A DNA stretch of 64,000 nt from Chloroflexia bacterium (GCA_038228295.1 JBBRPH010000027.1:375-64374); one strand, 5' to 3'; counted from the stretch's first letter, positions 47,284 through 57,878 are shown. A program made the numbers and translations. Notes: generated from the letters alone by a model not told the origin.

Positions 47284-48600
47284 ATGGAACACCCCTTTGC
47301 CGCCTCCGGCGGCTCGATGCGCCGTACACAGGCGTTAGCCCCCGGCAGTGTCACCCGCCGCGTACTAGACAACGGTCTGACCGTGCTGGTCTATCCCAAC
47401 CCGGCCATCCCCGCGATCAATGTGCGCCTGAGCGTGCGCGCCGGCGCGATCTATGACCCCGCCGACCGCGCCGGACGCGCCTCGTTCACCGCGACGGCCA
47501 TGCGCCGGGGTACCGCGCACCACACGTTCAGTGAACTGAACGAGCGCACCGAAGAGCGCGCCGTCTCTGTCGGCGTGGATGCGGGCTACCACCTGCTGGA
47601 TGTGGGCGGGCGCAGCTTGCGCGAAGATAGCGATTTCCTGTTTGAGACGATAGCTGAGGTGCTACGTGAACCCTCGTTCCCCGATGACGAGATCGAGCGC
47701 TTGCGTGCCCAGTGGATGACCGGCCTGCTGGAAGGCGAAGACGATACACGCTCCAAGTCGGATGAAGTGTTCCGCGCCGCCATTTACCCCGCCGACCATC
47801 CCTACAGCCGCGATCCCGGCGGCACGCTCGCATCTATCCCCACGCTCACGCGCGCCGACCTGCTGGCGCATCACGCCGAACTGGTGCGCCCGGACGGAGC
47901 GATCCTGGTTATTGTCGGCGACACCACGCCCGACGCGGCGCTGGCCCTCGTTGAGCGCACGCTGGGTGACTGGCGTGTTGCTGGGCTGCCCCCGCCGTTC
48001 GCTGTGGCCGATGCTGCAGTGCCCCCTGCCCCACGCGAGGTGCAGCATTTTATCAGCGGCAAAACGCAAGCCGATCTGGTGCTGGGTTTTCCGGCGGTCC
48101 GGCGCAACAATCCCGACTATTACGCGCTGGAGATGATGAACCTGATCCTGGGGCGGCTGGGCCTCTACGGACGGCTGGGCAAAACCGTGCGCGAAGATCA
48201 GGGGTTGGCCTATTATGCCTACAGCGGCTTCGAGGCCGGTTTCGGGCCGGGGCCGTGGGCCGTGCGCGCGGGGGTCAATCCCAACAACGTGCGCCAGGCC
48301 GTGTCCAGTATCCTAACCGAGATGCGACGCATCCAGGACGAGCCGATCAGCGCCACGGAACTGGCCGCCGGGCAACGCTACTTGACCGGCACGCTGCCGT
48401 TGCGCCTGGAAACCAACAGCGGCATCGCTCGCCAGATTGTGGAGATCGAACTGTTCGATCTGGGCTGGGACTTTATTGGGCGCTACCCGGAGATTATCGG
48501 CGACCTGACAGTGGAAGCTGTGCAAAAGGCCGCGCAAAGCTATCTGCACCCCGACCGCTATGTGCTGGCAATCGCCGGCCCCAGCGTCCCGCCGGCATAA
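47284..48600 (+). CDS. Peptidase M16 family protein (non-catalytic subunit type)
   Basis: LDNGLTV, SRLGKTVREDQGLAYY-like motif; no HXXEH. Confidence 0.85.
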   Translation: MEHPFAASGGSMRRTQALAPGSVTRRVLDNGLTVLVYPNPAIPAINVRLSVRAGAIYDPADRAGRASFTATAMRRGTAHHTFSELNERTEERAVSVGVDAGYHLLDVGGRSLREDSDFLFETIAEVLREPSFPDDEIERLRAQWMTGLLEGEDDTRSKSDEVFRAAIYPADHPYSRDPGGTLASIPTLTRADLLAHHAELVRPDGAILVIVGDTTPDAALALVERTLGDWRVAGLPPPFAVADAAVPPAPREVQHFISGKTQADLVLGFPAVRRNNPDYYALEMMNLILGRLGLYGRLGKTVREDQGLAYYAYSGFEAGFGPGPWAVRAGVNPNNVRQAVSSILTEMRRIQDEPISATELAAGQRYLTGTLPLRLETNSGIARQIVEIELFDLGWDFIGRYPEIIGDLTVEAVQKAAQSYLHPDRYVLAIAGPSVPPA

Positions 48601-48632
48601 TTACGCCGCTGCGCTACAAAGGAGACTATACG

Positions 48633-49805
48633 CTGCTGCTGGAGAGGGATCTCGACGTGTTGGCGATGGGCGAACTACTGGTTCACCTCGTCGCTACGCG
48701 CGTCGGGGCATTGGCCGACGCACCGGGCTTCACCCGTGAACCGGGCGGCGCGGCGGCCAATGTCGCAACCGGTGTGGCCCGCCTGGGGCGGCGCGCCGCC
48801 GCGCTGGGCTTGGTCGGTGACGATCCGTTTGGCCGCTATCTTGTGCGGACGCTGGCCGGCTATGGCGTAGAGACAGGCTATATCGGTGTGCATCCGCGCA
48901 GCCATACGCCGGTCGCGTTCGTCAGCCGCAGCGAACTCGACCACCCGCCTGATGAACCCGGTGCCGATACCGATGCCGATGCCGCGCCGGGGGCCGCGCA
49001 ATTCGTCTTCTATCGCGAGGGCGGCGCCGATCAACTGTGGAGTCCGGCGAGTGTGCCGGAGGCGGCGGTGCCGCGCGCCCGCATCGTGGTCGGCAGCGGC
49101 ATCGCCCTGGCGCGCGCTTTGCCGCGTGCGGCCTTGCACAGCGCGTTTAATCAGGCCGCCGAGACGGGGGCGTTGGTGGCCTTCGATGTAAACTGGTGGC
49201 CGGGTCTCTGGCAACACCCGGAGAAGGCGCGTGATGCGTACCACGCCCTGCTACCGCAGGTGGACATCCTCAAGCTGAGTTCGGCGGAGTTGATTATGCT
49301 AACCGGGGGGGCGGCTTCGTCGGAGTTGAGCCGGCTCGACGCGCTGCTGCACGCCTGGGTGGGACGCTTGGTGACGGGGCGCAACCGGCCGCTGCTGGTT
49401 GCTCTTACCCGTGGACCGGCCGGCTGTACCTATGGCCTCTGGCGACCGGGTCGCCGCAACATGGAAGTCGCCCATCTTGCGGCCTGCGATGTAGCCGTCA
49501 AAGATCGCACCGGTGCGGGCGATGCGTTTTTAGCCGGCCTGCTTGTCGCGGTTCTCGACCGCCTAGCCCCATCCGACGCATCCGCCGGCGTGACCGGTAG
49601 CGCCGCTATAGCAGCGCAGCACGCAGCACTCGGCACGCAGCACTTGCCACTCGATTTGACCCTGCTTACCCTGGCTGATGTGGCCTTGTGCTTCACCTGG
49701 GCCAATGCGTCGGGCGCGCTGGCGACCACCCGCCAGGGAGCCATCGCCGGCCTGCCCGGCCGCAGCAACGTACTGCGTCTGATCAAAGGCAGCCGCTTAT
49801 CCTGA
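48633..49805 (+). CDS. PfkB family carbohydrate kinase
   Basis: GGAAANVA, GDDPFG, FDVN, DRTGAGDAF; start uncertain (CTG 48633 after AAGGAG, or GTG 48657). Confidence 0.88.
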   Translation: MLLERDLDVLAMGELLVHLVATRVGALADAPGFTREPGGAAANVATGVARLGRRAAALGLVGDDPFGRYLVRTLAGYGVETGYIGVHPRSHTPVAFVSRSELDHPPDEPGADTDADAAPGAAQFVFYREGGADQLWSPASVPEAAVPRARIVVGSGIALARALPRAALHSAFNQAAETGALVAFDVNWWPGLWQHPEKARDAYHALLPQVDILKLSSAELIMLTGGAASSELSRLDALLHAWVGRLVTGRNRPLLVALTRGPAGCTYGLWRPGRRNMEVAHLAACDVAVKDRTGAGDAFLAGLLVAVLDRLAPSDASAGVTGSAAIAAQHAALGTQHLPLDLTLLTLADVALCFTWANASGALATTRQGAIAGLPGRSNVLRLIKGSRLS

Positions 49806-49814
49806 GCGGCGGCG

Positions 49815-50003
49815 TTAGCGTCGTTTTTCCCGCAGCAGGTTGAACGACGCCACCGCCGCCGCCGCGCCGATGACCAGGAACAGAAGCGCCCCCAGCCACT
49901 GATCTTGCAAAAAGCCGCCACTCATCACAGACATACTGGCCGCTGCGATATACATCAAGCCGACTACGCCCAGCACCACCGCAAACACTAACCGTCCCAT
50001 CAT
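49815..50003 (-). CDS. Small two-TM membrane protein
   Basis: Two hydrophobic helices with a basic C-terminus. Confidence 0.55.
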   Translation of the reverse strand: MMGRLVFAVVLGVVGLMYIAAASMSVMSGGFLQDQWLGALLFLVIGAAAAVASFNLLREKRR

Positions 50004-50054
50004 CGCTGTCGTTTCCCTTCCGGTCTGCCTGTGTCAACGTTACTGTCGCCTTAA

Positions 50055-50666
50055 TTATAGCGCATCATCGGCACTTTGCCCAGCCGCGAAGCGCTTGACC
50101 ACGCGCGCCGGGTTGCCCGCCACTACCACATCGGCGGGGATCTCACCGGAGACCACGGCGCGGAAAGCGACCACCGAGTTCGCGCCGATGCGTGTGCCTT
50201 TCAGCACCGCGCTTTGTCCCGCCAACCACACATTAGGACCGACTGTGATTGGGCGGGTGGAGACCGGCGCGTTGGAGTCATGCCGCCGGGCCGGGTCAAG
50301 TGGGTGGAAGTCGCTGTCGAAGACGACCGTTGAGCCGAGGATGCACTGCGGGCCGAAGGTGATGGTCGTGTAGGCCATCACGCCCGCGCCGTTGAGCCGC
50401 GTGCCGCTGCCTACCTCAATGCGCGAGTCGGGCGTGTAGGTGATAAATACGTTCTTTTCGGCATGGCACCAGGCCCGGATGTCGTCGCCGAAGATTACGC
50501 GGCCCGGCCCGCGAATCACGAGCCGGCCGTTGGTCTGGAAATTGCGCCCAAACTGCACGCGGCGGCCTAAACGTAAGCGGAACCAGGCGACCCAGACGCG
50601 ACTGATCACTGTCGCCACCACGGGTTTCAGGCGGGCACGGAGGCCCACTGGCAGAAGTCCAATCAT
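50055..50666 (-). CDS. Hexapeptide-repeat O-acyltransferase
   Basis: DSDFHP, VWLAGQSAVLKGTRIGANSVV, VAGNPARVVK. Confidence 0.88.
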   Translation of the reverse strand: MIGLLPVGLRARLKPVVATVISRVWVAWFRLRLGRRVQFGRNFQTNGRLVIRGPGRVIFGDDIRAWCHAEKNVFITYTPDSRIEVGSGTRLNGAGVMAYTTITFGPQCILGSTVVFDSDFHPLDPARRHDSNAPVSTRPITVGPNVWLAGQSAVLKGTRIGANSVVAFRAVVSGEIPADVVVAGNPARVVKRFAAGQSADDAL

Positions 50667-50767
50667 GCGGCTATTATAGCAGGAGTGGGCCGTGTTGCGT
50701 AGGGCAGCGCCGAGTCTGTGTGCGTTATCGCAGTTGTCTGCCGGCGGCGGGACGAAAGGGGTTGGGG

Positions 50768-52429
50768 ATGGAGACTGGAATTGGCGCAAGCGCGATTACG
50801 CTGTTCTGGATGCTGATCGCCGTGGCGGCAGTAGCGATCCTGACGAAGTGGGTGCGCCTACCCTACACCGTGGCACTGGTCATCGCGGGGCTGACCATCG
50901 CCGTCGTGCCGGGCGCACCGACGGTTGAACTGACCCCCGACCTGATCCTAGCCGTCTTTCTACCGACGCTGGTGTTCGAGGCGGCCTATAATCTGCATTT
51001 CGGCCATCTACGTGACGTGCTGCGCACCGTTAGCCTGCTGGCGATTCCCGGCGTGCTGCTGACCGCGACCATCGTCGCGGCGTTAACGCACTGGGTTATG
51101 GGTTTCGACTGGCTAATCGCGTTTCTGTTCGGTGCGATTGTCGCGGCGACCGATCCGGTGTCGGTGGTTGCCACTTTCAAGGAGTTGGGCGCGCCTGCAC
51201 GGCTGCGAATGCTGCTGGAGGGCGAGAGCTTGTTTAATGACGGCACCGCGCTGGTATTATTTCGCCTCCTGCTGGGACTGGCGGTGGCGGGCGCGGTGGA
51301 TGTGGCCGGCAGCCTGGGGCAGTTCGGATTGGTGATTGCCGGTGGGCTGGCGTTAGGTGTGGCAGGCGGTTATCTTGTCACCCAACTAATGCGCCGCTTC
51401 GACGATTATCTGGTGGAGACGGTGCTGACGGTGGTGCTGGCTTACGGCAGCTACTTTCTGGCCGAGCAGTTGCACGTCTCCGGCGTGATCGCGGTGGTCG
51501 CCGCCGGCTTGGTGGTCGGCAACTACGGGCAGCGGGTCAGCTTTTCGCCTACCTCGCGCATCGCTGTCGGCCTGTCGTGGGAGTTTTTCGGCTTCCTCGC
51601 TAACTCGCTGATCTTCCTGTTCGTCGGCCTCCAGGTGCGGCAAACCCATTTGGCGGCTCATCTGGGGCTTATCGCGCCGGCGGTCGGCGCGGTGTTGCTG
51701 GCGCGGGTTGTGACGGTAGGGGTGGCGGCGGCGATTATGCGCCACCTACGGATCGAAGGGTCACTCCCCTGGCGCTGGCAGGTACTGCTGGTTTGGGGTG
51801 GGCTGCGCGGTTCGTTGTCGCTGGCGATGGCGCTGTCGCTGCCTTATACGTTGGGCGGGGCCGGGTCCGGGCTGCGCGAGGAACTGCTGGTGCTGACTTT
51901 CGGCGTCATTCTGTTTACCTTGCTGGTGCAGGGGGTGACGCTGCGCCCGCTGCTCCAACGCTTAGGCTTGATTCGCAACGATAAGGCTGGGCGGGCCTAT
52001 GGGGAAATTCAAGCGCGTTTGCGCGCCGTCCGCACGGCTTGCGCGGCGCTGGAAGAGCAGGTGCGCGAAGGCATTCTCACGCCACGGATTGCCGACCACC
52101 TGCGCGCCGAATATACAGCCCGCGAAGGGGTGTTGCTGGCCCAGTTTGAGGAGATCCATGTTAGCGACGCAGTGTTGTTCGACGGACAGTTGCGCGCCGG
52201 CCACCGCCAACTGCTGACGGTGGAGCGTACCACGCTGCGCGGTCTGCTCACCGCCGGGGCGATTGATGACGAGACCTGGCGCAGCCTGGCCGCCGAGATT
52301 GACCAGCGCCTGGCCGCGCTTGATGTAGCGCCTTCCGATGATTCCGATGATTCCGATGGCTTCCTCATGCATCCTGATCTGCCGCTGCCGGAACTTGCAT
52401 CCGTGCCACGCCCTGATGCTCCGTCGTAA
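50768..52429 (+). CDS. Na+/H+ antiporter, CPA1 (NhaP/NhaG) family
   Basis: ATDPVSV, EGESLFNDG, WGGLRG, VQG motifs. Confidence 0.93.
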   Translation: METGIGASAITLFWMLIAVAAVAILTKWVRLPYTVALVIAGLTIAVVPGAPTVELTPDLILAVFLPTLVFEAAYNLHFGHLRDVLRTVSLLAIPGVLLTATIVAALTHWVMGFDWLIAFLFGAIVAATDPVSVVATFKELGAPARLRMLLEGESLFNDGTALVLFRLLLGLAVAGAVDVAGSLGQFGLVIAGGLALGVAGGYLVTQLMRRFDDYLVETVLTVVLAYGSYFLAEQLHVSGVIAVVAAGLVVGNYGQRVSFSPTSRIAVGLSWEFFGFLANSLIFLFVGLQVRQTHLAAHLGLIAPAVGAVLLARVVTVGVAAAIMRHLRIEGSLPWRWQVLLVWGGLRGSLSLAMALSLPYTLGGAGSGLREELLVLTFGVILFTLLVQGVTLRPLLQRLGLIRNDKAGRAYGEIQARLRAVRTACAALEEQVREGILTPRIADHLRAEYTAREGVLLAQFEEIHVSDAVLFDGQLRAGHRQLLTVERTTLRGLLTAGAIDDETWRSLAAEIDQRLAALDVAPSDDSDDSDGFLMHPDLPLPELASVPRPDAPS

Positions 52430-52713
52430 TCACGAAACGCCACGATAACACAGCGTAGGATGCTGGGCAAGCGTGCGGCACAACCTACGCTTACGCACGG
52501 TGGTCGTCTACCCCGGCTAGGTGGGGCAGCGGCAGGCCGCCGGCTACAGAGGCGGGCGGCACGGGGACTTTGCGATGGACTTCGGCCAAGTGTACTGTGC
52601 AGTACGGGCGCTACCATAAGGTAAACTCCTCGCTTGCGTTGCTCTTACTATACCTCCCCTCCCCTCCCTTAAACGGGGTTGACAAACACGGGCCGATTGG
52701 GTAGTATGCGGAG

Positions 52714-53766
52714 ATGCCCGCCCGCGACGAGCAGCGAGGAGTCGCCGTGAGTAGCCTGGATAGCCGCAACCGCATAATCGCTGTACCCGATGTGGCCGCC
52801 GGCCTGCAACCGACGCGCCCCTCACCCCCCCCCGCTGCGCGCCGCCGCCTGACCCAAGCCCGGCGCGTTACGCAAATCGCCGTACTGGCCTTGATTGCAG
52901 CGGGGCTGACCTATACCCTGTGGAAGATGTGGCCGGACATCCGGGCCTATCCCTGGCACATCAACGGCGGTTATTTGCTGGCCGGGTTGATCCTGCTGCT
53001 GCTGCGCGGCCCGGTGATTTGCTTTGCCTGGCGCGAAATCTTGCGCCAAATGGGTTATCCACTGCCCGTCGCGACGGCGATCCGTGTTTACTTCTATTCA
53101 GGTATGGCGAAATATCTGCCCGGCAGCCTCTGGTATGCGGTGGGTCGCGTGTTGCTGGCCGAGGGGGTGGGCGTACCTAAGATGGTCACGAGCATCAGCA
53201 TCGCGTTGGAGACGGCGCTGGTCACGGTGGCGGCTATCGCCGTCGGGTCGGGCGCGCTGGCGGTGACGGTGGGCGACTCGCCCTGGTGGCTGGTGCCGAT
53301 CCTGGCCGCGCTACTGGTCTTCTTGGCTTGGCCGCAGCCCTGGTTCCGCCTGCTGAATTGGGGACTAGGGCGCATCGGTCGCACGTCGGTACCGCTGACA
53401 ATCAATGGGCGGCAACTGCTGGTGCTGTTGCCGTTGTTTCTGATGAGTTGGATCGTTTACGGCCTGATCTCCTTTTGCCTCACGGCGGCGCTGGTCCCCA
53501 ATCTGCCGTGGAGCGATCTGCCCGCCGTTACCGGTGTGTTTACTACTACTTGGATCATTGGCTTCCTGACCCTGCTGGTGCCTAACGGCTGGGGAGTGCG
53601 CGAAACGTTGCTGACCACCGCCTTGCATACCGCCCCGGTGTTGGCCTTACCGCTCGTGGTGGCCGCCGGCGCGGCCCTCCTGTCGCGGCTCGGATCGATC
53701 TTCGGCGAAGCGGCCTGGGCCGGCGTGGCCTGGTTGCTTAAGCCACCACCCGCGCCACGAACCTGA
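52714..53766 (+). CDS. Lysylphosphatidylglycerol-synthase TM / flippase-like membrane protein
   Basis: KYLPG, PNGWGVRE motifs; many TM helices; heads a glycosyltransferase operon. Confidence 0.8.
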   Translation: MPARDEQRGVAVSSLDSRNRIIAVPDVAAGLQPTRPSPPPAARRRLTQARRVTQIAVLALIAAGLTYTLWKMWPDIRAYPWHINGGYLLAGLILLLLRGPVICFAWREILRQMGYPLPVATAIRVYFYSGMAKYLPGSLWYAVGRVLLAEGVGVPKMVTSISIALETALVTVAAIAVGSGALAVTVGDSPWWLVPILAALLVFLAWPQPWFRLLNWGLGRIGRTSVPLTINGRQLLVLLPLFLMSWIVYGLISFCLTAALVPNLPWSDLPAVTGVFTTTWIIGFLTLLVPNGWGVRETLLTTALHTAPVLALPLVVAAGAALLSRLGSIFGEAAWAGVAWLLKPPPAPRT

Positions 53767-53773
53767 TCCGCGC

Positions 53774-55015
53774 GTGCAGATCGTCCATTGCATCTACGAT
53801 GACCTCGGCAACCCGTGGCTGGGCGGCGGCGGCGCAGTGCGTACCGACGCGATCAACCGGCGCTTGGCGGCCCGCGGCCATCAGGTAATTGTCGTCTGCG
53901 GCGGCTATCCTGGTGCCCCAGCGAGCGATGTGCGCGGCGGCGTGCTGTATCTGCGGACCGGGCGCGGCGGCGGCGGCTATCTCGGCAGCCGCTTGGCCTA
54001 CGTGGCGCGGACGGGGCGCTTGTTGAAAGCTCTGCGCTATGATATAGTGGTCGAAGATGTATCACCCTATAGTCCGGTTTTCGCGCCCCTGCGGTCTCGC
54101 CGGGGCGTTGCGAGTATTGCCGGCGTGCAAAACCTGTCGGGGGTCCATGCCCTGCGCAAATACGGTTGGGGGCCGCGCGGTCTGCTGCCGCGCCTGGTCG
54201 AACGCCCCTTGCTGCGGCGGTTTACCGACGTGATCACGGTTTCCCCCGGCATGGCCGACGCCTTGCGAGCTTGGTGGCACCCGCCCGGCGCGCACCTAGC
54301 CGTGATCCCTAACAGCGTGGGACCGGCGTTTGCCGCTGTGGCCGCTGCGCCCTTTTTGTCTGCGGTGCGTCAGGAACCCGTGATCCTGTTCCTGGGCCGT
54401 TTTGATCCGTATCAAAAGGGGCTGGACCGACTGTTGCAGGCGTATGCCGCCGCCGCGCCGCGCTTGCCGGGTATCCGGCTCGAACTGGCGGGTGGGGGGC
54501 CGGCGGCAGCAGTCGCGCAGGTGCGCGACTGGGCCGCCGCGTTGGATCTGCCGGTTGTTGAGGCCGCACCCGGTGCGACGGTAGCCGTCGCTGCTGGGCC
54601 GTTAGTGGTGTTACGTGGGCGACTGGACGGCCAAGCTGCGGTTGATGCGCTCTGCGGCTGCCTGTTCCTGGCCCTGCCGTCGCGCTACGAAGCCTGGCCG
54701 CTGGTGGCTATCGAAGCCGCCGCCTGTGGTCGCCCGGTTTTGGGCACCGCCGTGATCGGCGTGCGCGATGCCGCGCCGGCCACGGCGCACGGCTGGTTAG
54801 TGCCGCCCGACGACGTGGTGGCCCTGGCTGAAGGTATGGTGCGACTCGCCGGCGATCCTGACTTACGGGCCGCGTTAGGGGTGCGGGGGCGGACCTGGGC
54901 CGCCGGGTTCACCTGGGACGCGCTGGCCGCCCGTCAGGAGGCTGTCTATCTCGATCTGCTCGCCCGCGCCGGGGGAACCGCCGGTCTGGACGCGCCGGGG
55001 GCCGCATCCGCATGA
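53774..55015 (+). CDS. Glycosyltransferase family 4
   Basis: GGGAVR, LGRF..QKG, PSRYEAWPLVAIEAAACGRPV. Confidence 0.9.
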   Translation: MQIVHCIYDDLGNPWLGGGGAVRTDAINRRLAARGHQVIVVCGGYPGAPASDVRGGVLYLRTGRGGGGYLGSRLAYVARTGRLLKALRYDIVVEDVSPYSPVFAPLRSRRGVASIAGVQNLSGVHALRKYGWGPRGLLPRLVERPLLRRFTDVITVSPGMADALRAWWHPPGAHLAVIPNSVGPAFAAVAAAPFLSAVRQEPVILFLGRFDPYQKGLDRLLQAYAAAAPRLPGIRLELAGGGPAAAVAQVRDWAAALDLPVVEAAPGATVAVAAGPLVVLRGRLDGQAAVDALCGCLFLALPSRYEAWPLVAIEAAACGRPVLGTAVIGVRDAAPATAHGWLVPPDDVVALAEGMVRLAGDPDLRAALGVRGRTWAAGFTWDALAARQEAVYLDLLARAGGTAGLDAPGAASA

Positions 55016-56139
55016 TCCTGTTTATCACCCGTAAACACCCGCCCTCGATTGGTGGGATGCAGAAACTCAGCCAAAGCCTGACTGTGGAGGTCAGCAAACT
55101 GGCCCCCACGCAAACCATTTCTTGGGGGCGGTCGAGCGTCTTTCTGCCGTTGTTTTTGCTGTATGCCCTCATCCGCGCCGCGCTGACGATCCTCTGTAAC
55201 CGCCGCATCCAGGTGATCCACCTGAGTGATGCGCTGCTGGCCCCGCTGGGAATGCTGCTCAAGGCGCTGTTCCGCGTGCCGGTGGTGGTGACGGTGCATG
55301 GGTTGGACATCACCTTCAGTAATAGCGCCTATCAATGGTTAATACCGCGTTGCCTGGCGCGCATGGACCGTCTGATCTGCGTCAGCAGCACCACGCGCGA
55401 CCAATGCGTGCGGCGCGGCATCCCGGCGGCACTGTGCGAAGTGGTGCCCAACGGTGTGAACCTGGACGAGTTCACCTGTGGCGCGTCGGCGGAGGCACAG
55501 GCGGCACTTGACGTGCGGCTCGGCCCCGCGCAGGACGGGCGCAAAGCCCTGCTGACGGTGGGCCGCCTGATCGAGCGCAAAGGCGTGCTGCACTTCCTCG
55601 ACACGATCTTGCCGCGTGTGCTGGCCCATTGCCCCGATACTTGCTACCTCGTAGTCGGCGACGGGCCGCTGCACCACCTTTTGGAGACGCGCATCGCCAG
55701 CCTGCATCTGCAAGACCGCGTGGTGCTGCTCGGTCAGGTGGACGATGCGCTGCTCAAAGCGGCCTACCGCCGTGCGGCGCTGTTCGTGATGCCCAATGTG
55801 CCGGTGCCCAACGATATGGAGGGCTTCGGCCTAGTCGCCCTGGAAGCGGGTGCGGCGGAGCGCTTCGTGGTCGCCTCGCGCATAGACGGCATCCCGGAAG
55901 CCGTGGTGCCGGGCGAGAACGGCTTGCTGATCGATCCCGCCGATCCGCAAGCGTTCGCTGATGCGGTGGTGGCCCTGCTGGAGGACGATACAGAGCGCGC
56001 GGCGCGCGGTCGTCAGGCGCGGACCTTTGTGCGCGGCCATTATAGCTGGGATATAATCGCCCGGCGCTACAACGATCTGTTCCGGGGCGTGGTGCAGGCG
56101 GCGCTGGAACGTGGCGACCTGCCGCGCCGCCGCTGGTGA
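55012..56139 (+). CDS. Glycosyltransferase family 4
   Basis: GGMQ, PNGV, VGRLIERKG, EGFGLVALEA. Confidence 0.92.
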   Translation: MILFITRKHPPSIGGMQKLSQSLTVEVSKLAPTQTISWGRSSVFLPLFLLYALIRAALTILCNRRIQVIHLSDALLAPLGMLLKALFRVPVVVTVHGLDITFSNSAYQWLIPRCLARMDRLICVSSTTRDQCVRRGIPAALCEVVPNGVNLDEFTCGASAEAQAALDVRLGPAQDGRKALLTVGRLIERKGVLHFLDTILPRVLAHCPDTCYLVVGDGPLHHLLETRIASLHLQDRVVLLGQVDDALLKAAYRRAALFVMPNVPVPNDMEGFGLVALEAGAAERFVVASRIDGIPEAVVPGENGLLIDPADPQAFADAVVALLEDDTERAARGRQARTFVRGHYSWDIIARRYNDLFRGVVQAALERGDLPRRRW

Positions 56140-57398
56140 TGCGCCGGGTCGCGATCCTGGGTTGGTACGGTAGCCCTAACCTGGGTGACGAAGCTGAACT
56201 GGCCGCTATCCTGGCACACCTGGCCGGTTTCTCCCCCCCGCCCGCTGTGACTGTTTTTTCCCACCACCCCGCTCACACGCAGGCGGCGCACGGCGGCTAT
56301 CCCGGCGGCCTGCGTGCCCTACCGCGCAACCCGTTTACCGCTGCCGCGCTCCGTGCCCTGCGTGGCAGCCGCCTTCTGATCCTCGGCGGTGGCGGCCTAA
56401 TTCAAGATCAGACCAGCCTTTACAATCTACCGATCTTCACCGCCTTTGGCCTGGTTGCAGCGGCGCTGGGCCGGCCGCTGTTTTGGTGGGGTGTAGGCGT
56501 GGAGCCGCTAGTTACGGGGCTGGGCCGGGCGCAAGCGCGGCTGCTTGTCCGCCTGGCCCCCCCCGGCGGTGTGCGTGTGCGCGATGCCCAGTCGCGCCGC
56601 TTGCTGCTCGCCGCCGGGGTACCGCCCGCCCGCGTGGTGGTGAGTGCCGATCCGGCGGTGAGCCGGGGGCCGTGGGCAGGCGACGCGCAGCAGGCGGCGG
56701 CTGAGCAACCACCCGTCAATTCAGCCCGCAGCCTTCAGCCCGCAGCACTCGGCAATTCACGGCCCACGGCTCGAGTGGCTTTCTGTGTGCGCGATCTGCC
56801 GAACAATCCGAAAGGCGGCAGCTGGGGCTATCTGCTGCCGGTGGCGGCGCAGCGACGGTTGGGTCTCGGCGGGCGGGGGGCAGCGGCGCATAGGCGGCGC
56901 GCGACGGCGTTTTACACCCAGTTGGCGGCGGCGGCGGATCACCTGATCGAGCGCTATAACGTGCAGGTGCTGTTTGTGCCGTTCTGGCCGGGACGCGATG
57001 ACGCGATTGCGGTCCAAGTGCAGGCCCAGATGCACTACCCGGCGCGTGCCACGGCCTATCCCGCGCCGCTGACCCCGGCCCAGGCGCGGGCCTTGCTGGG
57101 CACGATGGAACTCGTGGTCGCGGTGCGCCTGCACGCGCTGATTTTCGCGGCGGCCGCGGGGGTGCCGGGGGTGGGCTTCGCTTATGCGCGCAAGATTCGC
57201 GGCTTCATGACGCGCACCGGCCAAGCCGCTCACGTCCTCAATCCCGCCACGCTGACTCGGCCGCTGCTGGAGGCCACGCTGGACCGCGTGTGGGCGCAAC
57301 GCGCCGGCTTGCACGACACCCTGGCGGCGCAGATGGCGGAATTGCAGACGCTAGCCGACGGGGACGCGGCATGGGTGCGCGCTTGGTTGGAGTCGTAG
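56136..57398 (+). CDS. Polysaccharide pyruvyl transferase (CsaB-like)
   Basis: GWYGSPNLGDEA, GGGGLIQD, ADP, VRLHALIFA, YARK. Confidence 0.88.
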   Translation: MMRRVAILGWYGSPNLGDEAELAAILAHLAGFSPPPAVTVFSHHPAHTQAAHGGYPGGLRALPRNPFTAAALRALRGSRLLILGGGGLIQDQTSLYNLPIFTAFGLVAAALGRPLFWWGVGVEPLVTGLGRAQARLLVRLAPPGGVRVRDAQSRRLLLAAGVPPARVVVSADPAVSRGPWAGDAQQAAAEQPPVNSARSLQPAALGNSRPTARVAFCVRDLPNNPKGGSWGYLLPVAAQRRLGLGGRGAAAHRRRATAFYTQLAAAADHLIERYNVQVLFVPFWPGRDDAIAVQVQAQMHYPARATAYPAPLTPAQARALLGTMELVVAVRLHALIFAAAAGVPGVGFAYARKIRGFMTRTGQAAHVLNPATLTRPLLEATLDRVWAQRAGLHDTLAAQMAELQTLADGDAAWVRAWLES

Positions 57399-57407
57399 GG
57401 CAGGGTG

Positions 57408-57878
57408 TTAGGATTTCGCGGGGTCGCCGGGGATAGGAGACTCTGCTTTAGGTTCGCCAATGGTCTTTTGCAGATAGGTGCCGGCAATTTTCATCCCGCC
57501 CACTCCGAGGATGGTCACGGTCATACGTTGAGCTTGGGTTTTGAACAAGGTACGTTCGCTAGGATTAACGCTATTATCTGCTCCATCCAGCAGGGTCAGC
57601 ACCACCTCACAAATGATCGCGGGCACGCGCGCCACTTGGGCCGGGTCGTAGTTGTGGGCAATGTTCCGCTGGATCGTCGTCTGGGCCTGACTCGCGTGGC
57701 GCAGTAGGTCGTTATGCTCTATCGTGCTGCACCATTGATCATAGGCCATACCGGCTCCTAGTGTCATCTCCGGCAGCGGCCGTTGTCGGTAATCGGGCAG
57801 TTCGGCGTAAATACGTAGGACGATCTCCGCCACGATCTGGGATTTATGTTGTTTCAGCCAATAGGTGACGGATTCCAT
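57408..57878 (-). CDS. Hypothetical all-helical protein (possibly RsbR-N/globin-like)
   Basis: GGAGG RBS; WLKQHKSQIVAEIV..ELPDY helical pattern. Confidence 0.6.
   Translation of the reverse strand: MESVTYWLKQHKSQIVAEIVLRIYAELPDYRQRPLPEMTLGAGMAYDQWCSTIEHNDLLRHASQAQTTIQRNIAHNYDPAQVARVPAIICEVVLTLLDGADNSVNPSERTLFKTQAQRMTVTILGVGGMKIAGTYLQKTIGEPKAESPIPGDPAKS

Noticed and set aside
48255-48632. Long N-terminal extension of the PfkB ORF
   Set aside because: It overlaps the M16 gene in another frame; the RBS and family start lie near 48633.
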